Positions 31,121 to 41,564 of a DNA stretch of 51,763 nt are shown here, one piece after another. This DNA is from a virus (Duplodnaviria > Heunggongvirae > Uroviricota > Caudoviricetes): IMG/VR virus record IMGVR_UViG_3300045923_000005, positions 1 to 51,763 of that record. One strand, written 5' to 3'. A program made the position numbers and the translations under genes. Each line of letters begins with the position of its first letter. Position 1 is the stretch's first letter. The notes under the pieces are model-generated. The model saw only the letters and a program-made list of their open reading frames with translations. It did no database searches and was not told where the DNA came from.

Positions 31121-32998
31121 TTATTTACCTTTCTGCTTTTGACGAAATTGCTTGAAGCTCACTGCCTCACCAATTGATGTTGACAAACCTACACCGCCAG
31201 ATGGAACCTGACCGATGTTTGAGTTGTATGGACCGGCTGGAGGGACGGCTCCCTTTGCTGGATTCTTTTTACTGTATTTGACACCAGCTGCCTGCGTCTG
31301 GGGAACAGAGACTTCCTGGGTGCCGCGAACCTTGTTAGGGTTGATGGTATCCAGATCTTCACCCATCGTGGCAGGACCGTGCTTCTTAAAGTGGTGCGCG
31401 GGTAGGCGTACAGATTGCAGACGACCGTCTTCATCCTTTATGTGCTGATGGTGCTGACTATAGTCAATGACATACTCTTTGCCTCCACCCAACTTACGAT
31501 GAACTTCGCCGACTGATCCCACTTTACCCTTTAGAGCGCCGTGAGTGATCTGAACCAAGTTGCCTGGACGATGCATCTCATCCAATTCTGACTCTTGAAC
31601 AACGCGCTCGTTGTCTTTGGCACCGGCTACAGCGATCCCGTTGTGCTTGTACTTATCACCCTGCTTAGTCTGCTTGGTATCTTCCTTCTTAGCCATCATA
31701 TCGATGACAGAGCGAGACTCTACTTCATCAATCTGGTCAAAGGCATTGTTCAATTCTGCAACTAGCTTGCGCTCACCGAACAGGTCCTTACCGGTTTCTT
31801 CAACGGCAGGATGATTCTTGTAGCGATGATCGTCCACATCAACGAGCTTGTTGAAACTACCATCCTTGATGCGCTTCATACCCTTTGGAACCGGATGCGG
31901 CGTCTTTGGGGCAGCGACAGCTGGAGTAGGACGTGCCACATTGAAGCCCATCCTAGTCATGTTCTTGTAATAGTTCTCGATCAGAGTAGGAAGTTCAATC
32001 AACCAACTCGCGATCGTGTCCTTGGTCTCTTCATTTACTAGACGTAGGTCCTGACTGTTGTCGAACAGGAAGAAGCCTTCAGAGAAGAGGTCCTTGAATT
32101 GATGCATGGCATTGATAGAGGCGTCGTAACGAGCCGCTCTCTTTGCTTCGTTGATCTTTGTACGCTTACAAGAAGTGATGTTGTCTGTGTAAACGAATAC
32201 CATCGTTGTCTGGTAGGACATAGCCTCCATGACTGCCTTGGCAGTGGCGATATCCTCGTCATCGGCCTGACCATTAAGAATTAGCGGACGACCGTCAATC
32301 TCTGGTATGTTCTCGTTAGAATGGATAGCCTCGACCAACTTGTCTAGGCTGATCTCCATGGCGCCATATAGAGCCTCACGTAGAACGAAATCCTTTCCGG
32401 AGCCTGGGCCACCGACCAAGAAGACCGCTTGATAATTTTCGAGTTTCATACCTTTCCTAACAGCGCGATACAATTCCTTCGCGTGTTCCTTTTTGATTAC
32501 ACCCTTGCTGAACTCCTTGAAGTTCTTCTTGGTGGCATGCTCACGCATCTTGGATGCTGACATACCTTCAACGCCTTCAGCGTCAGGGTCGCGCTCTCCG
32601 GCGCTCTTGACTTCCAATTTGTGGAAGTGGTAATCCTTGCCATTGTATTTATGGACAAGATTGCTCATCTCTTGATGACGATCACCGCCGACTACGACAG
32701 TGACGTGCTTATAACCTTTCTTGTGGAGATGCTTCAGAGCATCAATAGGAGTCTTGACTCCTTCTTCCTCATGGACGTTTAGGTGAGGAACCATCTTGTG
32801 GATAAACTCGCGCTTCTGCTTATGAGATAGCGGATTCTTCTTCGCGTCTTGTGAATGGGACAGGAAGATGTGGTGATCAGCACCTTCTTTACGAGCGTGA
32901 TCTTGGATATGCTTGAAGAGTTTTGCGTGGCCAGTGGTTGGCGGATTCGCTCTGGCGAACGTCATTACAGCATGATCAGAATGTTTTTCTATACTCAT
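31121..32998 (-). CDS. cytidylyltransferase-like domain fused to P-loop kinase and KOW-like modules
   Basis: TFARANPPTTGH (HIGH-like), VVGGDR, MSASKMR; GGPGSGKD Walker A. Confidence 0.8.
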   Translation of the reverse strand: MSIEKHSDHAVMTFARANPPTTGHAKLFKHIQDHARKEGADHHIFLSHSQDAKKNPLSHKQKREFIHKMVPHLNVHEEEGVKTPIDALKHLHKKGYKHVTVVVGGDRHQEMSNLVHKYNGKDYHFHKLEVKSAGERDPDAEGVEGMSASKMREHATKKNFKEFSKGVIKKEHAKELYRAVRKGMKLENYQAVFLVGGPGSGKDFVLREALYGAMEISLDKLVEAIHSNENIPEIDGRPLILNGQADDEDIATAKAVMEAMSYQTTMVFVYTDNITSCKRTKINEAKRAARYDASINAMHQFKDLFSEGFFLFDNSQDLRLVNEETKDTIASWLIELPTLIENYYKNMTRMGFNVARPTPAVAAPKTPHPVPKGMKRIKDGSFNKLVDVDDHRYKNHPAVEETGKDLFGERKLVAELNNAFDQIDEVESRSVIDMMAKKEDTKQTKQGDKYKHNGIAVAGAKDNERVVQESELDEMHRPGNLVQITHGALKGKVGSVGEVHRKLGGGKEYVIDYSQHHQHIKDEDGRLQSVRLPAHHFKKHGPATMGEDLDTINPNKVRGTQEVSVPQTQAAGVKYSKKNPAKGAVPPAGPYNSNIGQVPSGGVGLSTSIGEAVSFKQFRQKQKGK

Positions 32999-32999
32999 C

Positions 33000-33350
33000 T
33001 TATCTTGAACTCTGTGTCAAGGTTGTAGTGTCTTTATTTAGGTAAGTCTTAAGCCTATGACAATTGGCGCAAAGTGTCTGTAGATTGCCCGGATCGTTAT
33101 TCTTATGATCACCATCTATATGGTCGACATCCAATTGGCAGAAATTTACTGCAACAAAACCGCATTCTTCACAATATGTCTTCTTGTGAAGTCTGTAGGA
33201 TTTCTCTTCGTTCCAACCAGCTTCGTGACAAATCTCACATATCCTTCCGTACCGGATGAAGCCTAGTTTGGTTCGTTCAGATAGTATCCTAGACGGTCGT
33301 TGATTGCAACATTTGCAAATGGGTCTGGACTTTTGGAACTTCACTGTCAT
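33000..33350 (-). CDS. HNH endonuclease
   Basis: CEECG...LDVDHIDGDHKNNDPGNLQTLCANCH. Confidence 0.88.
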   Translation of the reverse strand: MTVKFQKSRPICKCCNQRPSRILSERTKLGFIRYGRICEICHEAGWNEEKSYRLHKKTYCEECGFVAVNFCQLDVDHIDGDHKNNDPGNLQTLCANCHRLKTYLNKDTTTLTQSSR

Positions 33351-33353
33351 AAT

Positions 33354-33377
33354 AAAATGGCCGCCCGAAGGCGGCCC
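33354..33377 (-). terminator. Rho-independent terminator
   Basis: GGCCGCC-UUCG-GGCGGCC followed by AUUUU. Confidence 0.8.
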
Positions 33378-33403
33378 AATATTATTGTTATCTTACGTTG
33401 AAA

Positions 33404-33595
33404 TTACAGCTTAGAAACTACTGTGTTTGCTACAGCGGCTGCGGCGGCGCCAGCGACCTTAGTTGCTTCTGCTTTTGCATCAGCTTCAACAGCTGATGCT
33501 ACGGTTCCGGCTGTTACGACCTTTCCGGCAGACTTTAGTTTCCAAACGACTACACCGACAACTACGACGGCTGCGAGAATTAATAGACCTAGCAT
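33404..33595 (-). CDS. small Ala/Val-rich membrane-anchored protein
   Basis: N-terminal TM helix, start MLGLLI. Confidence 0.6.
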   Translation of the reverse strand: MLGLLILAAVVVVGVVVWKLKSAGKVVTAGTVASAVEADAKAEATKVAGAAAAAVANTVVSKL

Positions 33596-33645
33596 GTATA
33601 TACCCTCTGGGTTGTTTTCACTCACCAGTATTTAGGTGTTTCGGG

Positions 33646-34170
33646 TTACGGGGTTAGAGACCAGACTATCAACCATACACAAAGGAACAAAACTGCTGTC
33701 TTTTCAGCAGCCGGACCTGCCACAACGCCAAGTTTTTTCCATACAGTTAGCATACCAGCAACAAGGATAGGAGCCGCTAAACCAGCAGCGGACAACCACC
33801 AAAATTTACCTGAATCTGATACTGCTTGGACGCCTAGCATAGATACAAACATACCTAGAGAGAAATAGGTGTGAATCTTGTTGTGAAGTCCTTTGGTAAC
33901 TTTATCCACCCACACAGAGAACGTGTTGGAGATAGCCGTAATCATAAGAGAACCGGCTGCCGCCCAGGCTAGAACTTCAGCCAACCCATGGCCCTTGAAT
34001 GCCATAACGAGCGCTGTGGCTAGGACAACGTAGGCGCCATCTAGCATCCAAAAGGTTGGGACCTCTTGATACAGACCATCGCTGATAGTCAGTTGACGTA
34101 ACTGAGGTGTGCTATAGTTCTGATAAGCAATTACAGCAAGGAGTAATAGACTGGCTATGATTAGGAACAT
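33646..34170 (-). CDS. multi-pass membrane protein
   Basis: 5-6 hydrophobic helices. Confidence 0.65.
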   Translation of the reverse strand: MFLIIASLLLLAVIAYQNYSTPQLRQLTISDGLYQEVPTFWMLDGAYVVLATALVMAFKGHGLAEVLAWAAAGSLMITAISNTFSVWVDKVTKGLHNKIHTYFSLGMFVSMLGVQAVSDSGKFWWLSAAGLAAPILVAGMLTVWKKLGVVAGPAAEKTAVLFLCVWLIVWSLTP

Positions 34171-34171
34171 A

Positions 34172-35335
34172 TTATTTCCTCTGTTTGTTTAGATTGTGGA
34201 AGCTGAACTCGGAGCGGTCCACTAATTTGATAGGGTGACCATTCTTGACGGCCACGAAGCCTTCTGGCTTGGTCTCTTTTCCGTCTACAGAGTGCTCATA
34301 CTTACTAGTCTTGGCTAGACTCTTGACAAGCTCGTTCTTAGCAGCCTGAAGATGGTGATGCATGGCAAATAATGAATCGTAATGTTCTTCATGGTCTTCA
34401 ACGTGTTTTAGATGTCCCAGCATGTCATCCATATGCTTCTGCTTGGCCTTAGCTGTAGACACCTTGGCTGCATTCTTCTCACCCTGCTCCATCATGTGAC
34501 GACGGAACCCGGCTGTGGTGGGTGTCGTCTTTTCACGAACGTTCTTGTTGATGAACGTCTTCAAATGAGTCGCGTGATGTTGGGTTTGATCGAATACATC
34601 GGCCGGAGCTTCATTGTATTCTTTCTCTGCACGCTTGATGTGGTGCTCGAATGTGGTAGAAGCATTTGCCTTTGGTGGCTCTACTTCTGGGCTGATCAAG
34701 TGAACGTCTTTGTGTTCCTTGAAGTCAGAAAGGTTTGGTTCAAAGCCAACGTGCATCTTTTCTAGGGAAGGACCATGATACTTAGAGTGGACCACGACGC
34801 CTACTTTACTGTCCTTGATCTTCTTACCTTCAGGAGAACCTTTTGGAGTAGAATACATGATAGTATTAGGAGTGAAGTGATATTCACCGCCATGCTCATG
34901 AACCATCTCCGGTGTATGCATCAAGTCGCCTTGAAAGACACCTGCCTTTGGAGCAACCTTTGGAAGATGATGAAGAGCGGCCTTTAGTTTCTCGACTAGA
35001 CCAGGAGCATGTCCATGGTTCTTCTCGATGTCGGCATCTGTGTAATTGATCTTTGGGTCTTTGTTGAACGCGGACTTGGTAGCCACGAAGAACTTCTTGG
35101 TCTTTGGATCGGTGCCGAATACGATGCTTGGAGAGCCGTCATACTTCTCTGTGACACGAGTACCATTGAAGCCACCGGTTAACTTCTCGTTGACATCTTT
35201 TAGTGCATCTACAGCATGCTTGTATCCTGTCTTACCGTGATCAATCATCAGGTCTTCTGGATGTTCTAGATGTGTAAGGTGCTGAGCCATGGGGACGGCT
35301 GCGCCTTCAGTTAGGAACTCTTTGAATGCAATCAT
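34172..35335 (-). CDS. probable internal head protein with capsid-targeting sequence
   Basis: N-terminus MIAFKEFLTE-GA resembles the T4 IP leader MKTYQEFIAE; body (HLEHPED, EKYDGSPSI, EGFVA, KLVDR) conserved in T4-like phages (recall). Confidence 0.65.
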   Translation of the reverse strand: MIAFKEFLTEGAAVPMAQHLTHLEHPEDLMIDHGKTGYKHAVDALKDVNEKLTGGFNGTRVTEKYDGSPSIVFGTDPKTKKFFVATKSAFNKDPKINYTDADIEKNHGHAPGLVEKLKAALHHLPKVAPKAGVFQGDLMHTPEMVHEHGGEYHFTPNTIMYSTPKGSPEGKKIKDSKVGVVVHSKYHGPSLEKMHVGFEPNLSDFKEHKDVHLISPEVEPPKANASTTFEHHIKRAEKEYNEAPADVFDQTQHHATHLKTFINKNVREKTTPTTAGFRRHMMEQGEKNAAKVSTAKAKQKHMDDMLGHLKHVEDHEEHYDSLFAMHHHLQAAKNELVKSLAKTSKYEHSVDGKETKPEGFVAVKNGHPIKLVDRSEFSFHNLNKQRK

Positions 35336-35544
35336 TTAGCGAAACCAGGTGGAATAGGGTTGGTTACAGTTTCTTTCTCTATCATCTTGATTATGTCTTC
35401 GGTGAGTTTAAGTTCTGCTCGGAGGATCTTGAGTTTTACCTCAAGCTCTTTCTTGCGTTCACCGTATCTTTTCAATTCCTCAATTTGACGCTTGCGCATT
35501 TCGCGCGCGCTACTCAGGAGGATGATAGTTACTTGATTCTCCAT
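35332..35544 (-). CDS. small coiled-coil protein
   Basis: ORF coupled to the downstream gene. Confidence 0.55.
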   Translation of the reverse strand: MENQVTIILLSSAREMRKRQIEELKRYGERKKELEVKLKILRAELKLTEDIIKMIEKETVTNPIPPGFAK

Positions 35545-35551
35545 CCTTTAT

Positions 35552-36997
35552 TTAGCTGAAGCGATTGATGGGTCCTGAATCCTCCGGTGCACCTAGATTA
35601 CGGAACTTGTCAAAGGTAGACTTCCCTCGGAACACACTCCCATTAAGTCCGCTCTGTGCTTCATCAGCATCACGATCCAATTGGTTGGCATCAACCAAGG
35701 TCTGCTCTTCTGGGCCCACATCATATAGACGCATCTTGTGGCGATTGACGCCTAAGACGAACCGACGATTCTCATTGACATCATTGTCGCGGTTCTTGAT
35801 CTGTTTGATCACAATCTGCTTGAGCTTGGCTAGTTCCTCGCTCGTGATGATTGCCCACATGTTGTCCACGGTAGCCGGTAGACCGAAACTCTCGCTCGTA
35901 TCTGTCATATCAGGATCAGAGTTAGTAGCACCAGAACGGGTTGTCTGAGTCGCTGTGATGATAGGAAGATTGAACTCCATCGCCAACCCTCGCATTTCTT
36001 CCGCTATGCTCTTGATCAGAGTGTAGCTGTTAACGCTATTGCCTAACTTCAACCGGCTGCTAGAGCAGATGTTGATGTAGTCGATGATCACGATGTCCGG
36101 CCGGAACTGCTTCTTCATAGCTAGTTCATTCAGGAGTGCACGGAAGTGATTACAACCGGCAGCTGCTGTAGGATATTCCTTAACAACCAGTTTACCCTTA
36201 TACTTGGACTTCATCTGTTCGACTTTACTGTCGAAGGCTTTCTTGGACATCTTCTTGATGTCCGCCATCTCCACATCCATCAGGTTCGCGTCAATACGCA
36301 TGGCGATCTTCTCTTGCGCCATTTCCATTGTGATGTATAGAACGTTGAAGTGCTGCGCCAAGAACGCGGCAGCAAAGTGACACATCATCAAACTCTTACC
36401 CGCATTTGGTGGAGCAAGAATACAGGTAAGGGTCTTTGGTTCAAGACCGCCACCGGTAATACGGTTGAAGAAGTCTAGGTCAAATGGATATTTCTTAGAC
36501 GTCCTGTGATAGAACGCATAACGCGCATCAGCATCGTCTAGATAGTCGTGGCCGACGTTTGGGTCGAAGGTGACGGCGAGCGCGTCCTGGAGGATCTGAG
36601 GGATGCTACCCTTATCCTTCTTGGACTTACCCTCCATGATCTGGATTGACTCAGAGACGCCATTATAGAGAGCCTTCTCTTGACAGAACTTCTCTGTTGC
36701 GTCAGCTAGCCATGCTTGGTCGGTTTCTTGCTCGTCATTTGTGATGACGTCAATCAGTTCATGGATGCCCGCGAGCTCGGTGTCGAAAACATCATTGCGG
36801 TTATCAACGTTGATATTGATAGCCGCAGGGTCAGGGACCACATTGTACTTATTGACGTATTCAAGGATCTCCTCGAAAACAACCTTGTCGGCTTTTTCGT
36901 GGAAGTAGTCAGGCTTAAGGTACGGGAGAGCCTTTCGAAGAAATGGTTCTTTCTTCAGTAGGTTCTTGAGGATTATCTGTTCCATCTTCTGCATCAT
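35552..36997 (-). CDS. gp41: replicative DNA helicase (T4 gp41)
   Basis: LAPPNAGKS, YITMEM, IDYINI, TATQTTRSG, TSESFGLPAT. Confidence 0.95.
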   Translation of the reverse strand: MMQKMEQIILKNLLKKEPFLRKALPYLKPDYFHEKADKVVFEEILEYVNKYNVVPDPAAININVDNRNDVFDTELAGIHELIDVITNDEQETDQAWLADATEKFCQEKALYNGVSESIQIMEGKSKKDKGSIPQILQDALAVTFDPNVGHDYLDDADARYAFYHRTSKKYPFDLDFFNRITGGGLEPKTLTCILAPPNAGKSLMMCHFAAAFLAQHFNVLYITMEMAQEKIAMRIDANLMDVEMADIKKMSKKAFDSKVEQMKSKYKGKLVVKEYPTAAAGCNHFRALLNELAMKKQFRPDIVIIDYINICSSSRLKLGNSVNSYTLIKSIAEEMRGLAMEFNLPIITATQTTRSGATNSDPDMTDTSESFGLPATVDNMWAIITSEELAKLKQIVIKQIKNRDNDVNENRRFVLGVNRHKMRLYDVGPEEQTLVDANQLDRDADEAQSGLNGSVFRGKSTFDKFRNLGAPEDSGPINRFS

Positions 36998-37527
36998 GAT
37001 CTTCTCTTTGCTGCTTCTGATAGCCGGTGACGGTGCTCTGCGCTAAACCGGCGACCCTTCAGAGCGTTGGATATGGCAATTTTGGTCTCATCAGATTGCT
37101 TCTGACCAAAACGTGGATTCAGTTCACCTGAACGATTTACACCATACATCGGGTTACCTCCACCCTTATACTTTATGCTTATATGCGCCCTGGTAGAAGC
37201 CGCTACGATTCTTCCCACCGCGCCGTTGCCACCCGATGTTCTATTCATCAAGGTGCCGGAGCCTTTATCCAATCTACCAAAAGCTGATATCAACATACGT
37301 TCCATCCAGAACGATGCTGATTCGTTTACAGTCATGATTATTTCAACGTCGGTTTCACCCGTCAAACGAGGATTTGTCTTCAGGTGATCCAAGAAGCGGA
37401 GCCCGGTTCCTTTACCCACGTAAAATGGCGTTTCGTCTGAAAATATGTAAACATAGGAACTATTCTTTAGTTCGCTCTTCAACTGGTTCTTCAACGATAC
37501 CAGCGTCTCCATCTTCTGCATCATCAC
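36994..37527 (-). CDS. GIY-YIG homing endonuclease with NUMOD3 repeats
   Basis: YVYIF...FYVGKGTG.R...LMNRTSGG; NPMYG/NPRFG repeats. Confidence 0.85.
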   Translation of the reverse strand: MMMQKMETLVSLKNQLKSELKNSSYVYIFSDETPFYVGKGTGLRFLDHLKTNPRLTGETDVEIIMTVNESASFWMERMLISAFGRLDKGSGTLMNRTSGGNGAVGRIVAASTRAHISIKYKGGGNPMYGVNRSGELNPRFGQKQSDETKIAISNALKGRRFSAEHRHRLSEAAKRRS

Positions 37528-37879
37528 TCAACTCCTCATTATTCAATCCACCAACGTAGTTTGGAGTCACTTGGCCCAATACGACCATTATGATCTCTCC
37601 TACTATATCTGTGAACTGATGCCTCGCATAATATGAATCGTGTACACCCGGCTGCTTGCGTAGAATCTTGTGCTCGAACTCACATCGCCCATAGTCATCT
37701 AGAATCTTAAACTCTGTGATGGTGAATATCGTTCCAGCGAACGGTCCTTGAAGTATCTCAATCGGCAGCAACCCTTCTGAGTGGTCGTCTGCCGGCTTGA
37801 AATAGACGTTCTTAGAATATTTCTTCTCACGTCTTCCCTTCAGGAACTTTTCAATTACACCATACAGCCAATTAATCAT
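37460..37879 (-). CDS. gp40-like head vertex assembly chaperone (positional)
   Basis: Between uvsX and gene 41 as in T4; ILQGPFAGTIF...FTDIVGEII. Confidence 0.5.
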   Translation of the reverse strand: MINWLYGVIEKFLKGRREKKYSKNVYFKPADDHSEGLLPIEILQGPFAGTIFTITEFKILDDYGRCEFEHKILRKQPGVHDSYYARHQFTDIVGEIIMVVLGQVTPNYVGGLNNEELSDDAEDGDAGIVEEPVEERTKE

Positions 37880-38945
37880 TGTCTTCGACCACCGGAGGAG
37901 TATCCTCGGAGTAGATGCTCTTGTTGCCAATGCTGTAGGTATCCTTGACCCACTGCTGGAACGTTGCATCTTTCACTACCTCGGCCAAATGTTCCTGCGC
38001 GTCTTTCTTGAGGAACTTCTTCGTGCCGATGACTTTCATCTCTCCTGTCGTCTTGTCAAGTTGCGCCAGCTGATACCAAGTACCACCGGTCTGCACAACA
38101 TGCCCAGACTCCAGGGCCATATCTAGTATACCTGAGTATTTGTTAATACCATCCTGAAAATTTACTGAGACTGGAATACGACTCTTTTCACGGACATATC
38201 GACTCTTCTCGACATTGATGATGAAATCGTAGCCTAAGAGTTCAGTCTCTTTCTTGTTCTGTTGACGACCAACGATGAAGATATTGTCAGCAGAGTAGTA
38301 AGGTCCTGTGCCACCAGAGACGATTGCCTTGGGGAACATACCCTGCTCCATATAGATGTGGTTGACCACAACCATAGGGATGTCCTTGATGTTCAGGTGA
38401 GGAGTAACCATGCGGAACAAACTCTTGATCTGCTTGGCGCGCGTCATATCAGCAACGCTCTTACCGGCTTCGGCGTCCTCTACTTCTTTCTTGGAAGCAA
38501 GGTTGCCGATGGAGTCAACCGCGATGAAGAGCTTGTCTCCGCGGTTTACTTCCTTTAGCTGAGCCATGATGTCGAACTTAAGTTGTTCAAGATCCGTGAT
38601 AGGACTGTGAACAACACGCTTCATGTCGACACCAAAGTTCTCGAAGTAGCTCTTTGGTGTGCCGAACTCAGAATCGTAGAATAGGACGATGGCGTCCTTA
38701 TACATCTGCTGGTAGGCGCGCATTTGGATCAGTGTGAAAGCAGTTTTGAAGTGCTTGGATGGACCTGCCCACATCGTCAGACCGGGAGCGAATCCACCTG
38801 TGAGGTCGGCGCTCAGAGCGATGTCTAGAGCATATATGCCGGTAGAAACTAGGTCCTTCTTGTTGAAGAACTTTGATCCTGACAGCGTATCGCTTTCTTC
38901 GATGGTGCTGTTCTTGCGTATCTTTTCTAGGAGTTTGTTAGCCAT
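37872..38945 (-). CDS. uvsX: RecA-like recombinase
   Basis: AGPSKHFKT, FYDSEFG, DSIGNLASKKEVED, EKSRYVREK. Confidence 0.95.
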   Translation of the reverse strand: MANKLLEKIRKNSTIEESDTLSGSKFFNKKDLVSTGIYALDIALSADLTGGFAPGLTMWAGPSKHFKTAFTLIQMRAYQQMYKDAIVLFYDSEFGTPKSYFENFGVDMKRVVHSPITDLEQLKFDIMAQLKEVNRGDKLFIAVDSIGNLASKKEVEDAEAGKSVADMTRAKQIKSLFRMVTPHLNIKDIPMVVVNHIYMEQGMFPKAIVSGGTGPYYSADNIFIVGRQQNKKETELLGYDFIINVEKSRYVREKSRIPVSVNFQDGINKYSGILDMALESGHVVQTGGTWYQLAQLDKTTGEMKVIGTKKFLKKDAQEHLAEVVKDATFQQWVKDTYSIGNKSIYSEDTPPVVEDND

Positions 38946-38972
38946 GTTATGTTATCCTTTATGTTGTATCGT

Positions 38973-41564
38973 TTATCCGAATAGACCTTCCAAACTACTA
39001 ACTTCTTCAAGTTTCCAGCCGATGACCTCAGTCACGCGCTCGATTTGGTTTGTAAAGGTTTTTTCGAACATTGTATTGTAGTCAATATATTTATCCAGCC
39101 CGAATTCCTTCGGTAGTGTGGTAGAGAAAGATACAACAGCACTCTGTAACGGGTTAGGCTCACGTAGATAAATGTACTTCAACTTCTCACCGTCCTTGAG
39201 TGTCTCGTACTTCTTAGTCAGAGACAATTTCTCAAGCCAGTGATTGTAAATAAGTGCACCCTTAACGGCGATGGGTGTCTTGTTCTTATAGATAGCCTCT
39301 CCACCATCATAGTCTTCTAATCCATTCATCCCTCGCGGGAACGCTATGTCATAGAGTGGAGCGGACATGAACTCATCACGGAACTTTTGTACGAACTGCC
39401 GCAGTCCGACTTCGTCTTCTGTGTTGATGATGTGTTCAAATACTTCTTTGATCTTCTTACGGCACAGACCGGGAGTGGAAGACTTGATAGCCTCCATACC
39501 CACGATCTTCAACTTAGGTTTGGCATATTCCAGACCTTCGTTGTTCCAGACGTTGATCATATAATGCTTCTTCTTCGTCCAGATGGCTTTGTCGGCTATA
39601 GCTTCACGCTTCATGTCGAGTTTGGAACCATCATAGGCATTAACGTAGTCAGCCACGTCCGCACAGAACTTCTTAATCTGAGGACCGATGACGGTCTCAC
39701 AGAGTTTGTCCAACTGGCGGATAACATCAATGGTAGCCTTACCCTTCGCCGTCTTGTTAACGATGGCTTCAAAGGTGACGTAGACAGAATCTGTATCAGA
39801 GGCAATAACGTAGTCGCCATTCTTCTGACCGGTAGCCTGGTTGATCAGAGCATTCAGGTGCTTCTGGATCCAACGGACGGCCAGCTGGGCCGACAGGGTG
39901 ATCGCTTCCGCGATGCGCACGTCAAAGAACCGGAAGTATTGTGATCCAATGACACCGAAGGCTGAGTTCAAGCAGATCTTCATTGTCTGCTGGAGATTAT
40001 TGTAGCGTGTGATCGCTTGCTCAATCTGACCCTTCTTGGTCATATCCACAAGAGTCTCTAGCTCACGCTTGGCCGCATTCATCTGCTTCTTGAAAGCGGC
40101 GCGGTCCTTGTACATCTTCTCCATCAGTTCAGGGAGGAAGCCTTGCTTGTCTTTACGGAACACTTGACCATTAGGAGTCAGCACAAGATTCTTGCGCTTA
40201 AAGATTTCAGTATCTACCTTCTTCTCGAGAAGGTTGTCCACGTTGATCAGATGACGGTTCTCATCGAACCAGGCATCTAGCTCTTCATCATAGTCAGCCG
40301 GTTCGACCAGTGTCTCTGGTGATAGATTGAACATCATGATCAAGTGAGGGTATAGGGATGTGAAGTCGAAGCTGGCCACCCAACGGTACATACCCGGCTT
40401 CGGGTTCTTAACGTAAGCACCCTCAAACTGTGTGCTCTTGTGAGTGTCCTTCTTTGGAGGAAGGATGATACCCTTAGACTTCAGATGATTATAGATGAGC
40501 GCGTCCCACATACGAGTCTGTGAGAAGACGTCCTCGTAATTCACCTTGGCGTTGTAAGCTAGGGTCAGCGCAACCTCGAGCAGACGGTGCTTGGCCTCTA
40601 GCTTCAGAACGATTTCGACGTCACGGAGGTTGTACTCAATGTACTTCTGATAATTGTTACGACGGAGATCATCTAAGTTCTCGTACTCGTCATAATTGAT
40701 CTTATCCATACCGCATTCGACGTGACCGATATGACCAAGCTTGTAGCTCTCTTGATTTACACCAGAGAACTTCTTGTACAGATCATAGTAGTCCAACATA
40801 GCGACACCGGCGATCTCGTAGAAGTTGGTTTCCTTCTTCTTGTTCTTACCGGTAGAGAAGCTGCGCTCTTTGATCCAGCGCCATGGGGATAGATGCTTGA
40901 CCAAATCCTCACCGTCACTACCCATGAACAATCTCTTCATGCGGTTGATCAGATACGGGAAGTCAAACATGTTACTATTCCAGCCAGACACTACGTCCGG
41001 TTGAAACTCAATCCAAATTTTCATGAAGCGATGTAAGAGGTCGCTCTCGTCAGCGCACTTGTGATAGACTACGTCCGGCCTGTTACTCTTAAAGTCACCT
41101 GTGCCAAAGACCCAGAACTTACCATTACAATGTAGAGTGATCGCGGTCACCGGTGATGATGCCTCATCCGGCTCCGGAAAGCCGCTATCTGAGGCGACTT
41201 CAATGTCAATGTAGGCTACGACCAACAGAGACGGATCCCAGGCTACGTCTCCTCTATATGCCTCAGAGACGAACGCATAGTCATGGCGATATTCACCATA
41301 GAGTTGGAAGTTGTCAACGCCTTTGTAAGAGTCTTTGAACTCTTTGAAATCGTCAATTGAACCTAATTGGATCTCTTCCAAATACTCGTTGAACAGAGTC
41401 TTAAACTTGGTGACCTGATTGAATGCCTTACCCTTCTGTTTGGCCGGAACATACAATTTGGGTTTGAATGGCACGCGCGCCTTCTTGCGTTCACCGTTCT
41501 CCACGTAGCGCACGAGAATGTTGTTTCCAACACAAGTCACATTAGTATAGAAATCTGCGCTCAC
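38973..41564 (-). CDS. gp43: family B DNA polymerase (T4 gp43)
   Basis: DIEV exonuclease, SFDFTSLYP, KICLNSAFG, SDTDS, KKHY. Confidence 0.97.
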   Translation of the reverse strand: MSADFYTNVTCVGNNILVRYVENGERKKARVPFKPKLYVPAKQKGKAFNQVTKFKTLFNEYLEEIQLGSIDDFKEFKDSYKGVDNFQLYGEYRHDYAFVSEAYRGDVAWDPSLLVVAYIDIEVASDSGFPEPDEASSPVTAITLHCNGKFWVFGTGDFKSNRPDVVYHKCADESDLLHRFMKIWIEFQPDVVSGWNSNMFDFPYLINRMKRLFMGSDGEDLVKHLSPWRWIKERSFSTGKNKKKETNFYEIAGVAMLDYYDLYKKFSGVNQESYKLGHIGHVECGMDKINYDEYENLDDLRRNNYQKYIEYNLRDVEIVLKLEAKHRLLEVALTLAYNAKVNYEDVFSQTRMWDALIYNHLKSKGIILPPKKDTHKSTQFEGAYVKNPKPGMYRWVASFDFTSLYPHLIMMFNLSPETLVEPADYDEELDAWFDENRHLINVDNLLEKKVDTEIFKRKNLVLTPNGQVFRKDKQGFLPELMEKMYKDRAAFKKQMNAAKRELETLVDMTKKGQIEQAITRYNNLQQTMKICLNSAFGVIGSQYFRFFDVRIAEAITLSAQLAVRWIQKHLNALINQATGQKNGDYVIASDTDSVYVTFEAIVNKTAKGKATIDVIRQLDKLCETVIGPQIKKFCADVADYVNAYDGSKLDMKREAIADKAIWTKKKHYMINVWNNEGLEYAKPKLKIVGMEAIKSSTPGLCRKKIKEVFEHIINTEDEVGLRQFVQKFRDEFMSAPLYDIAFPRGMNGLEDYDGGEAIYKNKTPIAVKGALIYNHWLEKLSLTKKYETLKDGEKLKYIYLREPNPLQSAVVSFSTTLPKEFGLDKYIDYNTMFEKTFTNQIERVTEVIGWKLEEVSSLEGLFG

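Noticed and set aside
19247-41564. Inteins or group I introns in nrdJ, primase, helicase, uvsX or polymerase
   Set aside because: ORFs are continuous and of normal length; the endonuclease genes are free-standing
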